From Escherichia coli (GTDB taxonomy: Bacteria; Pseudomonadota; Gammaproteobacteria; Enterobacterales; Enterobacteriaceae): a stretch of DNA of 64,000 nt. A program made the translations under genes and the position numbers. Every line of letters begins with the position of its first letter. Position 1 is the first letter of the stretch. Shown in pieces: positions 52,116 through 62,731 of this stretch. The stretch is taken from assembly GCF_024223415.1 (NCBI RefSeq), contig NZ_CP100500.1; one strand, 5' to 3'. The notes under the pieces were generated by a model. It had not been told where the DNA came from. It worked only from the letters and a program-made list of their open reading frames with translations, and ran no database searches.

Positions 52116-52152
52116 TACCCATGGGTATTTACTTCTTGGATACCCATGGGTA
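52116..52152. promoter_or_regulatory. Left operator: two identical perfect 12-bp palindromes TACCCATGGGTA, 25 bp centre to centre
   Basis: Sites at 52116-52127 and 52141-52152, same arms as the right operator sites. Confidence 0.65.
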
Positions 52153-52474
52153 TCCTTTCTTTCATACCAACCCACCCCGCCCCACAGAACGCAGGGCAAT
52201 ACTTCGAGTTACCAGGCAGTGGTCAGGGGTTAAGTAGCCAGCCCGAGGCGTATGAACATGACGGCAGGGTTTAACTTTAACTATGCAGCAGGTTTTTGTT
52301 CCGCTACCCCGGCGTTAAGGGGAAACAGAGGATTTCTCAGTGGGCGAAGTCAAACATCAGAATGGAAGGCATCCCGGGATCGGCAAAGAAGCAGCAATGG
52401 CGCTTTATATTGACATCAGCGCCATTGCCGGACAGGTAAGAATTATCAGAGCGGTAACTAAGCGGTATGTGCCT

Positions 52475-52675
52475 TTACTTCAGAAAGGCTCCGGTGATTA
52501 CACCGAAGATATTGTCAACGATTTCCTCATCGAATTGCGAGGACTCATCTTCAGTTACAAGGTGACCACAATTTTTGCAGATGGCTCCCGCGAAACTGTC
52601 AGAGCCCTGCGGCTTAAAGGATGTGTCGAAGACTTCGCCACCACATTCTGGGCAAGAAAACTTGATTGTATTCAT
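52475..52675 (-). CDS. Small zinc-ribbon protein (CPECGG..CKNCGH), reverse-oriented within leftward early leader
   Basis: ATG at 52675 preceded by AGAGGAAA RBS; 66 aa with two CxxC pairs. Confidence 0.55.
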   Translation of the reverse strand: MNTIKFSCPECGGEVFDTSFKPQGSDSFAGAICKNCGHLVTEDESSQFDEEIVDNIFGVITGAFLK

Positions 52676-53292
52676 AACCAATTTCCTCTCGGGTAACAGA
52701 CCCCTCAGAGGATACCACCTCGCCTGACGTGGTTAAAAGCAGGCACACAACACGAAAGCGCACGGCGAGGTAGCTGGTTCATATATAGCCTGTCGTTAAA
52801 TTTTCGTCGACCGTGCGCTTCCGGTTGTGGCACTCCGCGAAATGGCGCGGCGGTAAGCATGGCGGGGTTCCCTTCCCCTTGAGGACACCGGGTTGTCAGG
52901 TTGACCATGCGCCTGAGTGACAACCCCGCTGCAACGCCCTCTGTTATCAATTTTCTGGTGACGTTTGGCGGTATCAGTTTTACTCCGTGACTGCTCTGCC
53001 GCCCTTTTTAAAGTGAATTTTGTGATGTGGTGAATGCGGCTCAGCGCACGCGGAACAGTTAAAACCAAAAACAGAGTTATGGGTGGATTCTCTGTATCCG
53101 GCGTTAATTGTTAACTGGTTAACGTCACCTGGAGGCACCTGGCACCGCATCAACAAAGTTCACTTCGGTGATGAAAGGTAAGAGAAAATGTTGAATGTAG
53201 CTATTGAAAACCAGTACGGGTGGAATTATAGTGCACCTGCACCTCATAAAACGGGTGCCGGGCGTGGAAACCCGAAAGTTACTCGAGCGCAT

Positions 53293-53316
53293 AACCGCGC
53301 CGAAGCGGTTTTTTTA
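53293..53316 (+). terminator. Intrinsic terminator in leftward early leader (tL-like)
   Basis: AACCGC-GCCGAA-GCGGTT followed by T7. Confidence 0.6.
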
Positions 53317-53484
53317 TGCGTAATGCACAGCCACATTCAGATAATGGTGGGGCGTGCAGGGCAGCTGCAAGGCTGGCCGGGTTCTCGAGTGACCGGTATT
53401 TCCACCCCTGTACGTCTCGCCACCCTTATGGTCGTGGAAAGCCTCGGTGGTGAGTTAATTAACTTAACACTTGAGGATGCCATC

Positions 53485-54036
53485 ATGGCTACTACCCTTA
53501 CCCTTTCTCACCCTGACGTAACCATTGAAAATGGTCGCGCTGTCACTACGTCTATTGCGATCGCAGAATTCTTCGGCAAGCAGCATCACCATGTTGTTCA
53601 AAAAATAGAGGCCCTCGAATGTTCTGAACGCTTTTTAACCAGCAACTTTTCGCGGGTTAAATTCGAGCACCGTGGCAATACCTACAATGCCTACCAAATC
53701 ACCAAAAACGGCTTCGTTTTCCTGGTGATGGGCTTCACGGGCAAAAAGGCCGCTGCATTCAAGGAAGCCTACATTGCCGAGTTCGACCGCATGGAGGAAG
53801 AACTGCGCCGGAATAACACCACACCCGCTGACAAAATAATCCCGGGTGATGGCCGCACCCTGGTTATCCGCTTCGACGAACACGGCTACATCAAATTCAC
53901 CGAAACCGTTCCTGATGGCGCACTGGTCTGTACTCTGGATACTTTCCGTTTTTATCTGGAAAAGCAGGGATGGACTCTCATAAACCGGGGCGCAATTAAA
54001 AATATGACCGTCGAGCAGTTGCTGAGTATTAAATAG
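53485..54036 (+). CDS. Rha family phage regulatory protein
   Basis: ATG at 53485 with GAGGA RBS; ..TTSIAIAEFFGKQHHHVVQKIEAL.. Rha motif; ORF track start 53188 is an upstream extension across the terminator. Confidence 0.72.
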   Translation: MATTLTLSHPDVTIENGRAVTTSIAIAEFFGKQHHHVVQKIEALECSERFLTSNFSRVKFEHRGNTYNAYQITKNGFVFLVMGFTGKKAAAFKEAYIAEFDRMEEELRRNNTTPADKIIPGDGRTLVIRFDEHGYIKFTETVPDGALVCTLDTFRFYLEKQGWTLINRGAIKNMTVEQLLSIK

Positions 54037-54081
54037 TTTTCTGGAATTTCCTTCATATCACAAATTATTAAGGAGATTATT

Positions 54082-54303
54082 ATGATTGCTCATCACTTCG
54101 GAACCGATGAAATACCACGCCAGTGCGTCACTCCCGGCGATTACGTTATTTACGAAGGCCGGACATATGTTGCATCGGCAAACAATATCGAAAAGCAAAA
54201 ACTTTATATCCGTGATTTCACTACAAAAACATGCATTACTGACCGCATGATTAAAGTCTTCCTCGATCGTGATGGTTTACCTGTAAAGGCGGAGGCATGG
54301 TGA
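54082..54303 (+). CDS. Hypothetical protein preceding the exonuclease gene
   Basis: 73 aa ORF with AGGAG RBS. Confidence 0.5.
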   Translation: MIAHHFGTDEIPRQCVTPGDYVIYEGRTYVASANNIEKQKLYIRDFTTKTCITDRMIKVFLDRDGLPVKAEAW

Positions 54304-54422
54304 GCTGTAATAAATAACTGACCCAATACGACATTCAGCTTAATAAATACATAAGGGTCGATTCTTATATGCCAGCAATGGCAGGGATTCGCACAACCTT
54401 AAAACAGCAATGAGGTTTATCA

Positions 54423-56876
54423 ATGAGCACTGATAAAGAAACTTTTGCGCTATATTGCGAAGCTAAAAATGACAAAGTCAGAAAACGCCTTGGGATTAAA
54501 GGTGGTTTTTACTGGACTACAGCAAAAAAATTATCTGTTGCCATCTCCCGCTGCATTACCGCAATGGATGATAACGATTATGATGAAGACGACTTTAAAA
54601 AACCTGTTCGCGTCCATTTGCCCGTTGTTGATGACCTTCCACCGGAAGGCGTGTTTGATACCGAATTCTGTAACCGGTATGAAAAAGGCGGCGAAGATGG
54701 CATCACAATGATATTTATCGCGCCTCCGCCATCCGCGCAGGACAAACCAGCCAGCACTGACAACACCAATGTTAATGGCGAAGACATGACTGAGATTGAG
54801 GAGAATATGCTTCTGCCGGTTTCAGGTCAGATTCTGCCTGTTCGCTGGCTGGCGCAACACGGCGGCGAAAAACCAGTAACGCACGTTTCGCGGGATGAAC
54901 TGCGCTCATTACATAACGCACAGGAAGAAAAACTTCCCGCCGTTACCGCGCTGGCCATCTCAAATAAAGCAGCGCAACTCGAACCGCTGGAGATTCGGGA
55001 TTTGTACAAACTGGTGCGGGACACTGACAAAGTTTTTCCCGCCCCCGTAAATTCAGACCTGGGACTGATGACCTCCTTCATCGAAGCATACCTAGACGCT
55101 GACTACACTGATCGTGGTCTGCTTACAAAAGAGTGGATGAAAGGAAATCGTGTTTCTCGCATCAGTCGCACACCATCCGGCGCTAACGCTGGCGGCGGTA
55201 TTCTTACCGATCGCGGCGAAGGTTTTGTGCATGATAATGCGTCAATGGCATTCGATGTTGCTACAGGAAAACTGGCTCGTTCGATGGATGTGGATATTTA
55301 CAACATGCATCCTTCACATACCAGACGTGTTAACGAAATTATCGCAGAAAATGATCCCTGTTTCTCCGTCTTCCTTAAGGCTTTTCTGAACATGCCAGGC
55401 GGGATGGATTATTCCCGCGCCATCGTGGTTGCCTCCGTGAAAGAAGCACCGGTTGGTATAGAGGCTATGCCCCACCGCGTCACCGAATACCTGAATAAAG
55501 TGCTGACCGAAACCGATCATGCCAACCCTGATCCGGAAATCGTGGATATTGCCTGCGGTCGTTCCTCTGCCCCAATGCCGCAGCGTGTAACAGAAGAAGG
55601 AAAACAGGATGATGAAGAAAAACCGCAACCGTCTGGCGCAATGGCAGATGAACAGCCAACGACTGAAACAGTGGAACCGGATACAACTGAACATCATCCG
55701 GACACGCAGCCGCTGGATGCTCAGCCGCAGGTGAATTCTGTTGATGCGAAATATCAGAAACTGCGGGCAGAACTCCATGAATCCCGGAAAAACATTCCGC
55801 CCCAAAATCCTGTCGACGAAGACAAGTTGCTGGCAACCTCTGGCGGAGAATTTGCTGAAGGGATTAGCGACCCGAATGATCCGAAATGGGTGAAGGGGAT
55901 TGAAACCCGCGATTCTGTGAACCAGAATCAGCAAGAAACGGAACAGAACGACCAGAAAGCGGAACAAAACAGCCCAAATGTGCAACGAAAAGAGCCAAAA
56001 GCGAAACAATCCGAACCAGTAGCGCAACAGGAACCGGAAAAAGTCTGCACCGTCTGCGGTCAGAGCGGTGTCGACAACTGTCCTGATTGTGGCGTGGTGA
56101 TGGGCGACGCAACATACCAGGAAATGTTCGATGAAGAGAATCAGCCTGAAGTTCAGGAAAATGATCCAGAGGAAATGGAAGGCTCTGCGCATCAGAACAA
56201 GGAGAACTCTGGCGGCAATCAGCATCATGCCAGCGATAGTGAAACTGGCGAGACGGCAAATCCCTTAATTAAGATAACCAGTCATCACAAATATAAGTCC
56301 ACAAGCAAAACGTGGTATCACCTGATGATCGACCTTGAAACAATGGGAACCAACACCAATGCACCCATAGTAGTTATTGGTGCGGTTTTCTTCGACCCGG
56401 AAACAGGGGAAATCGGGCCGGTATTTTATATCGTTATCAGCCTGACTGACGCAATGAATACAGGGGCTGTTCCTGATGGTGGCACCATCGAATGGTGGCT
56501 GAAGCAGTCCAGCGAAGCCAGAGCTGCCATTTTAACTGACCAGGTAAAAATGAAAGATGCCCTTTTGCGTTTTCGGGAATTCGTCAATGAACACTCTGAT
56601 GAAAAATTCGTTCAGGTGTGGGGTAATGGCGCAACGTTCGATAACGCAATTTTGCGCACCTCATACGAACGTCTGGACATCCCCTGTCCGTGGCATTACA
56701 GCAACGATCGTGATGTACGCACAATCGTTGAGATGGGGAAAATCACAGACTTCAATGCCAGAAGCGTAATTCCATTCGAAGGCGTGCGCCATAATGCTCT
56801 GGATGACGCTCTTCACCAGGCAAAATACGTAACAGCCGCTATACAAAAACTGATCCCGAATCAGGCTGATTTTTAA
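54423..56876 (+). CDS. RecE-like N-terminal region fused to a C-terminal DEDDh-type 3'-5' exonuclease domain
   Basis: 817 aa; ..[45 protein letters not shown].. matches remembered RecE N-terminal region; C-terminus has [26 protein letters not shown] motifs. Confidence 0.72.
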   Translation: MSTDKETFALYCEAKNDKVRKRLGIKGGFYWTTAKKLSVAISRCITAMDDNDYDEDDFKKPVRVHLPVVDDLPPEGVFDTEFCNRYEKGGEDGITMIFIAPPPSAQDKPASTDNTNVNGEDMTEIEENMLLPVSGQILPVRWLAQHGGEKPVTHVSRDELRSLHNAQEEKLPAVTALAISNKAAQLEPLEIRDLYKLVRDTDKVFPAPVNSDLGLMTSFIEAYLDADYTDRGLLTKEWMKGNRVSRISRTPSGANAGGGILTDRGEGFVHDNASMAFDVATGKLARSMDVDIYNMHPSHTRRVNEIIAENDPCFSVFLKAFLNMPGGMDYSRAIVVASVKEAPVGIEAMPHRVTEYLNKVLTETDHANPDPEIVDIACGRSSAPMPQRVTEEGKQDDEEKPQPSGAMADEQPTTETVEPDTTEHHPDTQPLDAQPQVNSVDAKYQKLRAELHESRKNIPPQNPVDEDKLLATSGGEFAEGISDPNDPKWVKGIETRDSVNQNQQETEQNDQKAEQNSPNVQRKEPKAKQSEPVAQQEPEKVCTVCGQSGVDNCPDCGVVMGDATYQEMFDEENQPEVQENDPEEMEGSAHQNKENSGGNQHHASDSETGETANPLIKITSHHKYKSTSKTWYHLMIDLETMGTNTNAPIVVIGAVFFDPETGEIGPVFYIVISLTDAMNTGAVPDGGTIEWWLKQSSEARAAILTDQVKMKDALLRFREFVNEHSDEKFVQVWGNGATFDNAILRTSYERLDIPCPWHYSNDRDVRTIVEMGKITDFNARSVIPFEGVRHNALDDALHQAKYVTAAIQKLIPNQADF

Positions 56877-56940
56877 TGTTCAACCCCGGTCGTCGCCCAC
56901 CGGCTATAGTGGCGGCGACCATGATTAGCGAACGACGCTC

Positions 56941-57189
56941 ATGGCAAGACTTATTCTGCTCACTGAGTGGGCAAAAGAGGAATTCAGTGAACCGGTCCCT
57001 ACTCCGGGTACGTTAAGTAAATACGCTAAAGCCGGAATGATATTTCCTCTCCCCAAAAAAGTAGGAAGGCACTGGCGAGTGGATCCACGCGCTCGCTTTG
57101 TCGGAATGGTAAACAAGCCGGAGGTGATCGCCACAGATCACCCTGCTTTGAAGAGGATACTGGAAGATGGCGCGCCCGCGAAAATATAA
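56941..57189 (+). CDS. xis: Excisionase-like protein
   Basis: 82 aa basic protein overlapping int start. Confidence 0.65.
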   Translation: MARLILLTEWAKEEFSEPVPTPGTLSKYAKAGMIFPLPKKVGRHWRVDPRARFVGMVNKPEVIATDHPALKRILEDGAPAKI

Positions 57190-58297
57190 AACCGATGTTC
57201 CGGGTTTATCTCCGTATTTTGACAAAAGAAATAACAAAGTTTACTGGCGTTACAGGCATCCCATCACAGGTAAAAATCATGGACTCGGCAGTATTGACCA
57301 GAAACTGGCGGAAACCATTGCAGCAGAAGCGAACAGCCGTCTTGCCAGACAACAAATGGAGCAAATTCTCAGTCTGCAGGAGAAAATTATTAGTGATACC
57401 GGCGGCGCATCAACCGTTTCCATTTTTCTGAATAATTACAGAAAAATTCAACAGGAAAGATATGAGAACGGAGAGATCAAACTCAGCACGCTGAAGCAAA
57501 AAGCGGCTCCTCTCAGGGTGTTTGATGAACGTTTTGGAGCCAGGCCGCTAGATGCCATAACCGTAAAAGATGTGGTATCGGTGCTGGAAGAATACAAGGC
57601 AAAGGGACATAACAGAATGGGACAAATTTTCAGGAAGGTATTGATCGATGTTTTCCGGGAGGCTCAACAAACGGGTGATGTTCCGCCAGGCTTTAACCCG
57701 GCTGAATCGGCAAAAAAACCGCAAGTGCGGATATCAAGACAGCGACTGACTTTTGATGAGTGGATGATGATTTATAACGCAGCGGAAAAGGATGGTTACT
57801 TTTTACAGCGCGGCATGCTGCTGGCACTGATGACGGGCCAGCGTCTTTCGGATATTTGCAAAATGCAGTTTTCGGATATCCGGGATGGTTACCTTCATGT
57901 CGAACAGCAAAAAACAGGAGCCCGGATAGCCATTCCTCTGGCTCTGCGTTGCGACAAATTAAATCTTACCCTGGGTGACGTGGTGTCATCCTGTCGTGAT
58001 TACATCCTTAGTCCGTGGTTATTGCACCATCATCACGCTAAGGGGATGGGTAAGCGCGGCGGGATGGTTAAACCAGCAACATTAACAGTCGCATTTAAAA
58101 AAGCCCGGGATTCTGTGGATTACAACTGGCGTGCTAATGGCACGCCACCCTCTTTCCATGAGCAAAGATCTTTATCAGAACGATTGTTCAGAGAACAGGG
58201 AATTGATACCAAAATTTTGCTGGGCCATTCGAATCAAAAAATGACCGATATTTACAACGACGCACGCGGTAAAGAGTGGAAAAAACTGGTTATTTGA
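57167..58297 (+). CDS. int: Tyrosine-type site-specific integrase
   Basis: 376 aa; adjacent to prophage end at ompW 3' end. Confidence 0.88.
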   Translation: MARPRKYKTDVPGLSPYFDKRNNKVYWRYRHPITGKNHGLGSIDQKLAETIAAEANSRLARQQMEQILSLQEKIISDTGGASTVSIFLNNYRKIQQERYENGEIKLSTLKQKAAPLRVFDERFGARPLDAITVKDVVSVLEEYKAKGHNRMGQIFRKVLIDVFREAQQTGDVPPGFNPAESAKKPQVRISRQRLTFDEWMMIYNAAEKDGYFLQRGMLLALMTGQRLSDICKMQFSDIRDGYLHVEQQKTGARIAIPLALRCDKLNLTLGDVVSSCRDYILSPWLLHHHHAKGMGKRGGMVKPATLTVAFKKARDSVDYNWRANGTPPSFHEQRSLSERLFREQGIDTKILLGHSNQKMTDIYNDARGKEWKKLVI

Positions 58298-58310
58298 TAA
58301 CCAGTTTTGC
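58283..58310 (+). terminator. Hairpin AACTGGTTA-TTTGA-TAACCAGTT plus TTTT overlapping int stop
   Basis: 9-bp inverted repeat then T-run. Confidence 0.5.
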
Positions 58311-58340
58311 AGAAGAGTTTTGCAGAGGTTTTGCAGAGAA
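58306..58340. repeat. Three tandem copies of GTTTTGCAGA(R) between int stop and ompW stop
   Basis: AGTTTTGCAGAAG AGTTTTGCAGAG GTTTTGCAGAG. Confidence 0.6.
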
Positions 58341-58342
58341 AA

Positions 58343-58981
58343 TTAGAAGCGGTATCCGGCAGAGAACATAAACACCCACGGATCCAGTCGTACCGCGTCT
58401 TTCACGGGGGTTCCATTAAATTTATAGCTGGCGGTGGTGTCGATATCCATGTACCACACTGACATATTAACCAACCAGTCACGGTTAATCAGATAATCAA
58501 CCCCCACCTGCCCGGCAGCTCCCCAGGAATCTTTCAGACTGAGATCGGAAAGCCCCGCCTCTTTGCCATGATCGTTAAATCCATTATCAAAGAAGGTGGT
58601 GTAGTTAATACCTGCCCCAACATAAGGACGGAATTTGCTGCTGGCATCACCAAAATACCACTGCGCCATCAGTGTTGGCGGCAGATGATGAACGGTTGCA
58701 ATATCGCCGGTCGCCCGGGTGCCGATTTTATGGCGGAACGGCGTCGCTGCCAGTAATTCCACACCAATGTTGTCGGTCGCCATATAAGTAAACGTCAGGC
58801 CCAGTTGAGTGTTATTGGTCACGCTGAATCCACCCAGACTTCCTAACGTACCACCAGCACCTTCTGTAGGACGTACGGTTGCAGAACCTGCACGCATAAA
58901 AAATTCTCCTGCTTCATGCGCAAAGGCACTGCCAGAGAGAAGTGTTGTTACTGCCAAAGCCGCCACTGTTAACTTTTTCAT
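58343..58981 (-). CDS. ompW: Outer membrane protein W
   Basis: 212 aa; MKKLTVAALAVTTLLSGSAFA signal; ends ..FSAGYRF. Confidence 0.93.
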   Translation of the reverse strand: MKKLTVAALAVTTLLSGSAFAHEAGEFFMRAGSATVRPTEGAGGTLGSLGGFSVTNNTQLGLTFTYMATDNIGVELLAATPFRHKIGTRATGDIATVHHLPPTLMAQWYFGDASSKFRPYVGAGINYTTFFDNGFNDHGKEAGLSDLSLKDSWGAAGQVGVDYLINRDWLVNMSVWYMDIDTTASYKFNGTPVKDAVRLDPWVFMFSAGYRF

Positions 58982-59337
58982 ATCCGCTCCGTCGTTATGG
59001 TTATAAAAACGTGACGAATATACCTACATTGGAGTAACAAATGATCCTACATAGATCACATTACATATGATAATTCACCCTTTATTGATCTGGATTAATT
59101 TAGAAGTTGCATTGAGAATCCTGGTTAACGTGATTTAAATCAATTTTTAAATATTTTCGCTACGCAAATATTAACTTGTTCGCCACTTGCCGCGGTTTGC
59201 CCACGCCTGAAGGCCAGCAATTACCTCCGCTTTACAAAGATATGCTTTTCCATACAAGACCTGATGCTGCCACCCGAGGCTTAACCAGGGTACAATTGCC
59301 CGCTAATTAACACCTGCATAAAACTCAAGGAGAGTGC

Positions 59338-60081
59338 ATGTCTATCACGGCGCAGTCCGTATACCGTGACACCGGAAATTTCTTCCGTAATCAATTTATG
59401 ACCATTCTGTTGGTATCGTTGCTATGTGCGTTTATCACAGTGGTGTTAGGGCATGTTTTCTCACCCAGTGATGTACAGCTTGCGCAGCTCAATGACGGCG
59501 TGCCCGTTAGCGGCAGTAGTGGGTTGTTCGACCTGGTTCAGAATATGTCACCGGAACAGCAACAAATTTTGCTGCAGGCTTCAGCGGCGTCCACTTTTTC
59601 AGGATTAATCGGTAACGCCATTCTCGCCGGAGGCGTAATATTAATTATCCAGCTGGTGTCTGCGGGTCAGAGAGTCAGTGCGCTGCGAGCTATTGGTGCC
59701 AGTGCGCCGATATTGCCAAAGTTATTTATTCTGATTTTTCTGACTACCCTTTTAGTACAGATTGGCATCATGCTAGTGGTCGTTCCGGGAATTATCATGG
59801 CTATTTTACTGGCCCTGGCACCGGTGATGTTGGTACAGGACAAAATGGGCATTTTTGCCTCGATGCGTAGCAGTATGCGGCTGACTTGGGCGAATATGCG
59901 TCTGGTGGCACCCGCAGTACTGAGCTGGTTGCTGGCAAAAACACTGTTGCTGCTTTTTGCCTCTTCTTTTGCCGCATTAACCCCGGAAATTGGTGCCGTA
60001 CTGGCGAACACCTTGAGCAACCTGATTTCAGCCGTATTGCTCATCTATCTGTTCCGTCTGTATATGTTGATTCGCCAATAA
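59338..60081 (+). CDS. yciC: UPF0259 inner membrane protein YciC
   Basis: 247 aa; conserved position next to ompW. Confidence 0.9.
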   Translation: MSITAQSVYRDTGNFFRNQFMTILLVSLLCAFITVVLGHVFSPSDVQLAQLNDGVPVSGSSGLFDLVQNMSPEQQQILLQASAASTFSGLIGNAILAGGVILIIQLVSAGQRVSALRAIGASAPILPKLFILIFLTTLLVQIGIMLVVVPGIIMAILLALAPVMLVQDKMGIFASMRSSMRLTWANMRLVAPAVLSWLLAKTLLLLFASSFAALTPEIGAVLANTLSNLISAVLLIYLFRLYMLIRQ

Positions 60082-60110
60082 CCTTAAGCATTTGATTACG
60101 GAATCGTAAA

Positions 60111-60650
60111 ATGAAGCAGTTTCTTGATTTTTTACCGCTGGTTGTCTTTTTCGCGTTTTACAAGATTTATGACATCTATGCGGCTACTGCGGCGCTGATC
60201 GTCGCCACGGCGATTGTGCTTATATATAGCTGGGTTCGCTTTCGTAAGGTTGAGAAGATGGCCCTGATCACTTTTGTTCTGGTGGTCGTCTTCGGTGGCT
60301 TGACGCTGTTCTTCCACAATGATGAGTTTATAAAATGGAAGGTTACAGTCATTTATGCTCTGTTTGCGGGAGCCCTGTTAGTCAGCCAATGGGTGATGAA
60401 AAAGCCGCTAATTCAGCGGATGCTGGGTAAAGAACTCACGCTGCCGCAACCGGTATGGTCGAAGCTGAATCTGGCCTGGGCTGTTTTCTTTATCCTTTGC
60501 GGTCTGGCAAACATCTACATCGCATTCTGGCTGCCGCAAAATATTTGGGTCAACTTTAAAGTCTTTGGCCTGACCGCCCTTACCTTAATCTTCACATTGT
60601 TAAGCGGTATCTATATCTACCGCCACATGCCGCAGGAAGATAAATCCTAA
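60111..60650 (+). CDS. yciB: Intracellular septation protein YciB
   Basis: 179 aa polytopic membrane protein. Confidence 0.9.
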   Translation: MKQFLDFLPLVVFFAFYKIYDIYAATAALIVATAIVLIYSWVRFRKVEKMALITFVLVVVFGGLTLFFHNDEFIKWKVTVIYALFAGALLVSQWVMKKPLIQRMLGKELTLPQPVWSKLNLAWAVFFILCGLANIYIAFWLPQNIWVNFKVFGLTALTLIFTLLSGIYIYRHMPQEDKS

Positions 60651-60754
60651 CCAGACTGCCAGTCCTTCGGGGCTGGCGCTGTATCTCCTCTGTTCTCCTC
60701 AGGAAAATCATAGTAGCATCGCGCCTGTGATTTTCCTTTTAAGTCGGTTTTACC

Positions 60755-61153
60755 ATGTCTACAACACATAACGTCCCTCAGGGCGATCTTGTTTTACGTA
60801 CTTTAGCCATGCCCGCCGATACCAATGCCAATGGTGACATCTTTGGTGGTTGGTTAATGTCACAAATGGATATTGGCGGCGCTATTCTGGCGAAAGAAAT
60901 TGCCCACGGTCGCGTAGTGACTGTGCGGGTTGAAGGAATGACTTTCTTACGGCCGGTTGCGGTCGGCGATGTGGTGTGCTGCTATGCACGCTGTGTCCAG
61001 AAAGGGACGACATCGGTCAGCATTAATATTGAAGTGTGGGTGAAAAAAGTAGCGTCTGAACCAATCGGGCAACGCTATAAAGCGACAGAAGCATTATTTA
61101 AGTATGTCGCGGTTGATCCTGAAGGAAAACCTCGCGCCTTACCTGTTGAGTAA
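60755..61153 (+). CDS. yciA: Acyl-CoA thioesterase YciA
   Basis: 132 aa hotdog-fold thioesterase. Confidence 0.9.
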   Translation: MSTTHNVPQGDLVLRTLAMPADTNANGDIFGGWLMSQMDIGGAILAKEIAHGRVVTVRVEGMTFLRPVAVGDVVCCYARCVQKGTTSVSINIEVWVKKVASEPIGQRYKATEALFKYVAVDPEGKPRALPVE

Positions 61154-61192
61154 TAATCAAAAGCCTCCGGTCGGAGGCTTTTGACTTTCTGC

Positions 61193-61912
61193 TTACTGAA
61201 TTTCGGTGGTGCCGTTAATTTTAAACAGGATATTCACCACAATCCCACTGCCTGGCTTACCCGGCTCATAACGCCATCTGCGCATCGCATTTTTCACCTC
61301 ACGCTCAAACATGTTCGCAGGTTTAGCTGAGAGGATTTGCACGTTATCCACGCGACCATCCGGCGTGACATCAAATTTAACTTTAACCTGCCCTTCAATG
61401 CGCAATGCCTGTGCCCGTGCCGGATACTGCGGCTGATTACGGCTTAATGCGCGTGGTCCTGAAGCCACACTGGTAACCGGCTTGCTGGTCGCAGCCGTTG
61501 CCGTACTTGATGTCGGGCGTGCCGGTGCCGTATTTTCAAACGGTGATGCCGGACGCGACTCTACGGGTTTGACATCGCGTTTTGGCTGTTCCTGTACCTT
61601 TTTCACCGGCTTCGGTTTTGGCTTAGGTTTCGGCTTCGGCTTTTCAATGACCACCGGAGCTTCTTTTGGCGGTTCGGGGATCGGCTCAGGTTCCGGTTCT
61701 GGCTTTACCACCGGCTCCGGTGGCGGCTGAACGGCTTGTGGCGGTTCGAGATCAGCAGGCGCAACCATCGTGACAGAAATTGGCTGCGCAGGCGCAGGTA
61801 GTTCAATAACCTGATGTACCGAGGTATAGAGCAGACCCGCCACAACAGCACCATGAATGCAGACCGAAAGTAACGTCGGCCAGGGGAAGCGGCGAGGTAA
61901 ATCAAGGGTCAT
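61193..61912 (-). CDS. tonB: Energy transducer TonB
   Basis: ATG at 61912 gives 239 aa [17 protein letters not shown]..; EP/KP repeats; ORF track start is upstream extension. Confidence 0.93.
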   Translation of the reverse strand: MTLDLPRRFPWPTLLSVCIHGAVVAGLLYTSVHQVIELPAPAQPISVTMVAPADLEPPQAVQPPPEPVVKPEPEPEPIPEPPKEAPVVIEKPKPKPKPKPKPVKKVQEQPKRDVKPVESRPASPFENTAPARPTSSTATAATSKPVTSVASGPRALSRNQPQYPARAQALRIEGQVKVKFDVTPDGRVDNVQILSAKPANMFEREVKNAMRRWRYEPGKPGSGIVVNILFKINGTTEIQ

Positions 61913-62135
61913 TGAAGTCATAATCATTTCAGTAGAAAAACCAGGTCTCGATTTTAAATGCAAATAGCAATCATATTCAATAAGGCAAGACGATCAGGAT
62001 CAGTGAAAATGTCATTTTTGGCGTAATTGACCTTACTTTACGCATGGTCTTAACAAAGACATCATCTTTCCGTTGCAGATCTTCGCCCTTTCAAATAACG
62101 TACTTTACAACTTTCCCGAACAAGGAGTTGTGCCC

Positions 62136-62432
62136 GTGTTGTATGTTATTTACGCTCAAGACAAAGCTGATAGCCTCGAAAAACGCCTTTCCGTTCGTCC
62201 GGCACATTTAGCACGTTTACAGTTACTGCATGATGAAGGTCGTTTGTTGACAGCTGGTCCAATGCCAGCGGTAGACAGTAACGATCCAGGGGCTGCGGGA
62301 TTTACTGGCTCAACCGTTATTGCTGAATTTGAATCGCTGGAAGCAGCTCAGGCCTGGGCCGATGCTGACCCGTACGTAGCGGCAGGTGTCTATGAACACG
62401 TTTCAGTGAAACCATTTAAGAAAGTGTTCTGA
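62136..62432 (+). CDS. yciI: YciI-like protein
   Basis: GTG at 62136 with AAGGAG RBS gives 98 aa (M)[17 protein letters not shown].. Confidence 0.85.
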
Positions 62433-62731
62433 ATAGAGATTCAATATTTAAGGGCACGGTTTTTGCAACCGTGTTCTTGTTTGGCCTTTCCTTATTGCCG
62501 GTCAGTGCATTCACCACCACAAGCAGATAATAACTTTATCTGTATTTCTTTATATGATGTGAGCATGTTCAGGAAAAATGCCCTTTCCTGACGCAGAGTT
62601 GCTCACTCAAAACCTTTGATTACTGCGGATAAAGTCATCTACTATTGTTTAACACATTCACGTGTCGCATGTATGTTCAGAAAATGTGCACGTTAAGATA
62701 ATTAAACAAAATTGTGGTTACAGAGGTATCA

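Larger units (their letters stand above)
12296..58342. mobile_element. Lambdoid (cos-type) prophage, about 46 kb, left junction inside yecE, right junction at 3' end of ompW
   Basis: Complete lambda-like head and tail gene order Nu1-A-W-B-C-D-E-FI-FII-Z-U-V-G/T-H-M-L-K-I-J, cos, lysis cassette, Q-like, replication, repressor/cro, xis, int; boundaries approximate. Confidence 0.9.

Noticed and set aside
52340-52696. 118-aa plus-strand ORF overlapping the zinc-ribbon gene
   Set aside because: Overlaps the minus-strand gene, which has the stronger RBS and a classic zinc-ribbon motif; the plus ORF starts at GTG and has no recognisable features. Treated as a shadow ORF, but not excluded.
53188-53484. 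N-terminal extension of the Rha ORF (ORF track start at 53188)
   Set aside because: The extension reads through the terminator at 53293-53316 and precedes a good RBS plus ATG at 53485 where the Rha domain begins.
55314-56228. 304-aa minus-strand ORF
   Set aside because: Antisense to the acidic low-complexity middle of the RecE-like gene; shadow ORF.
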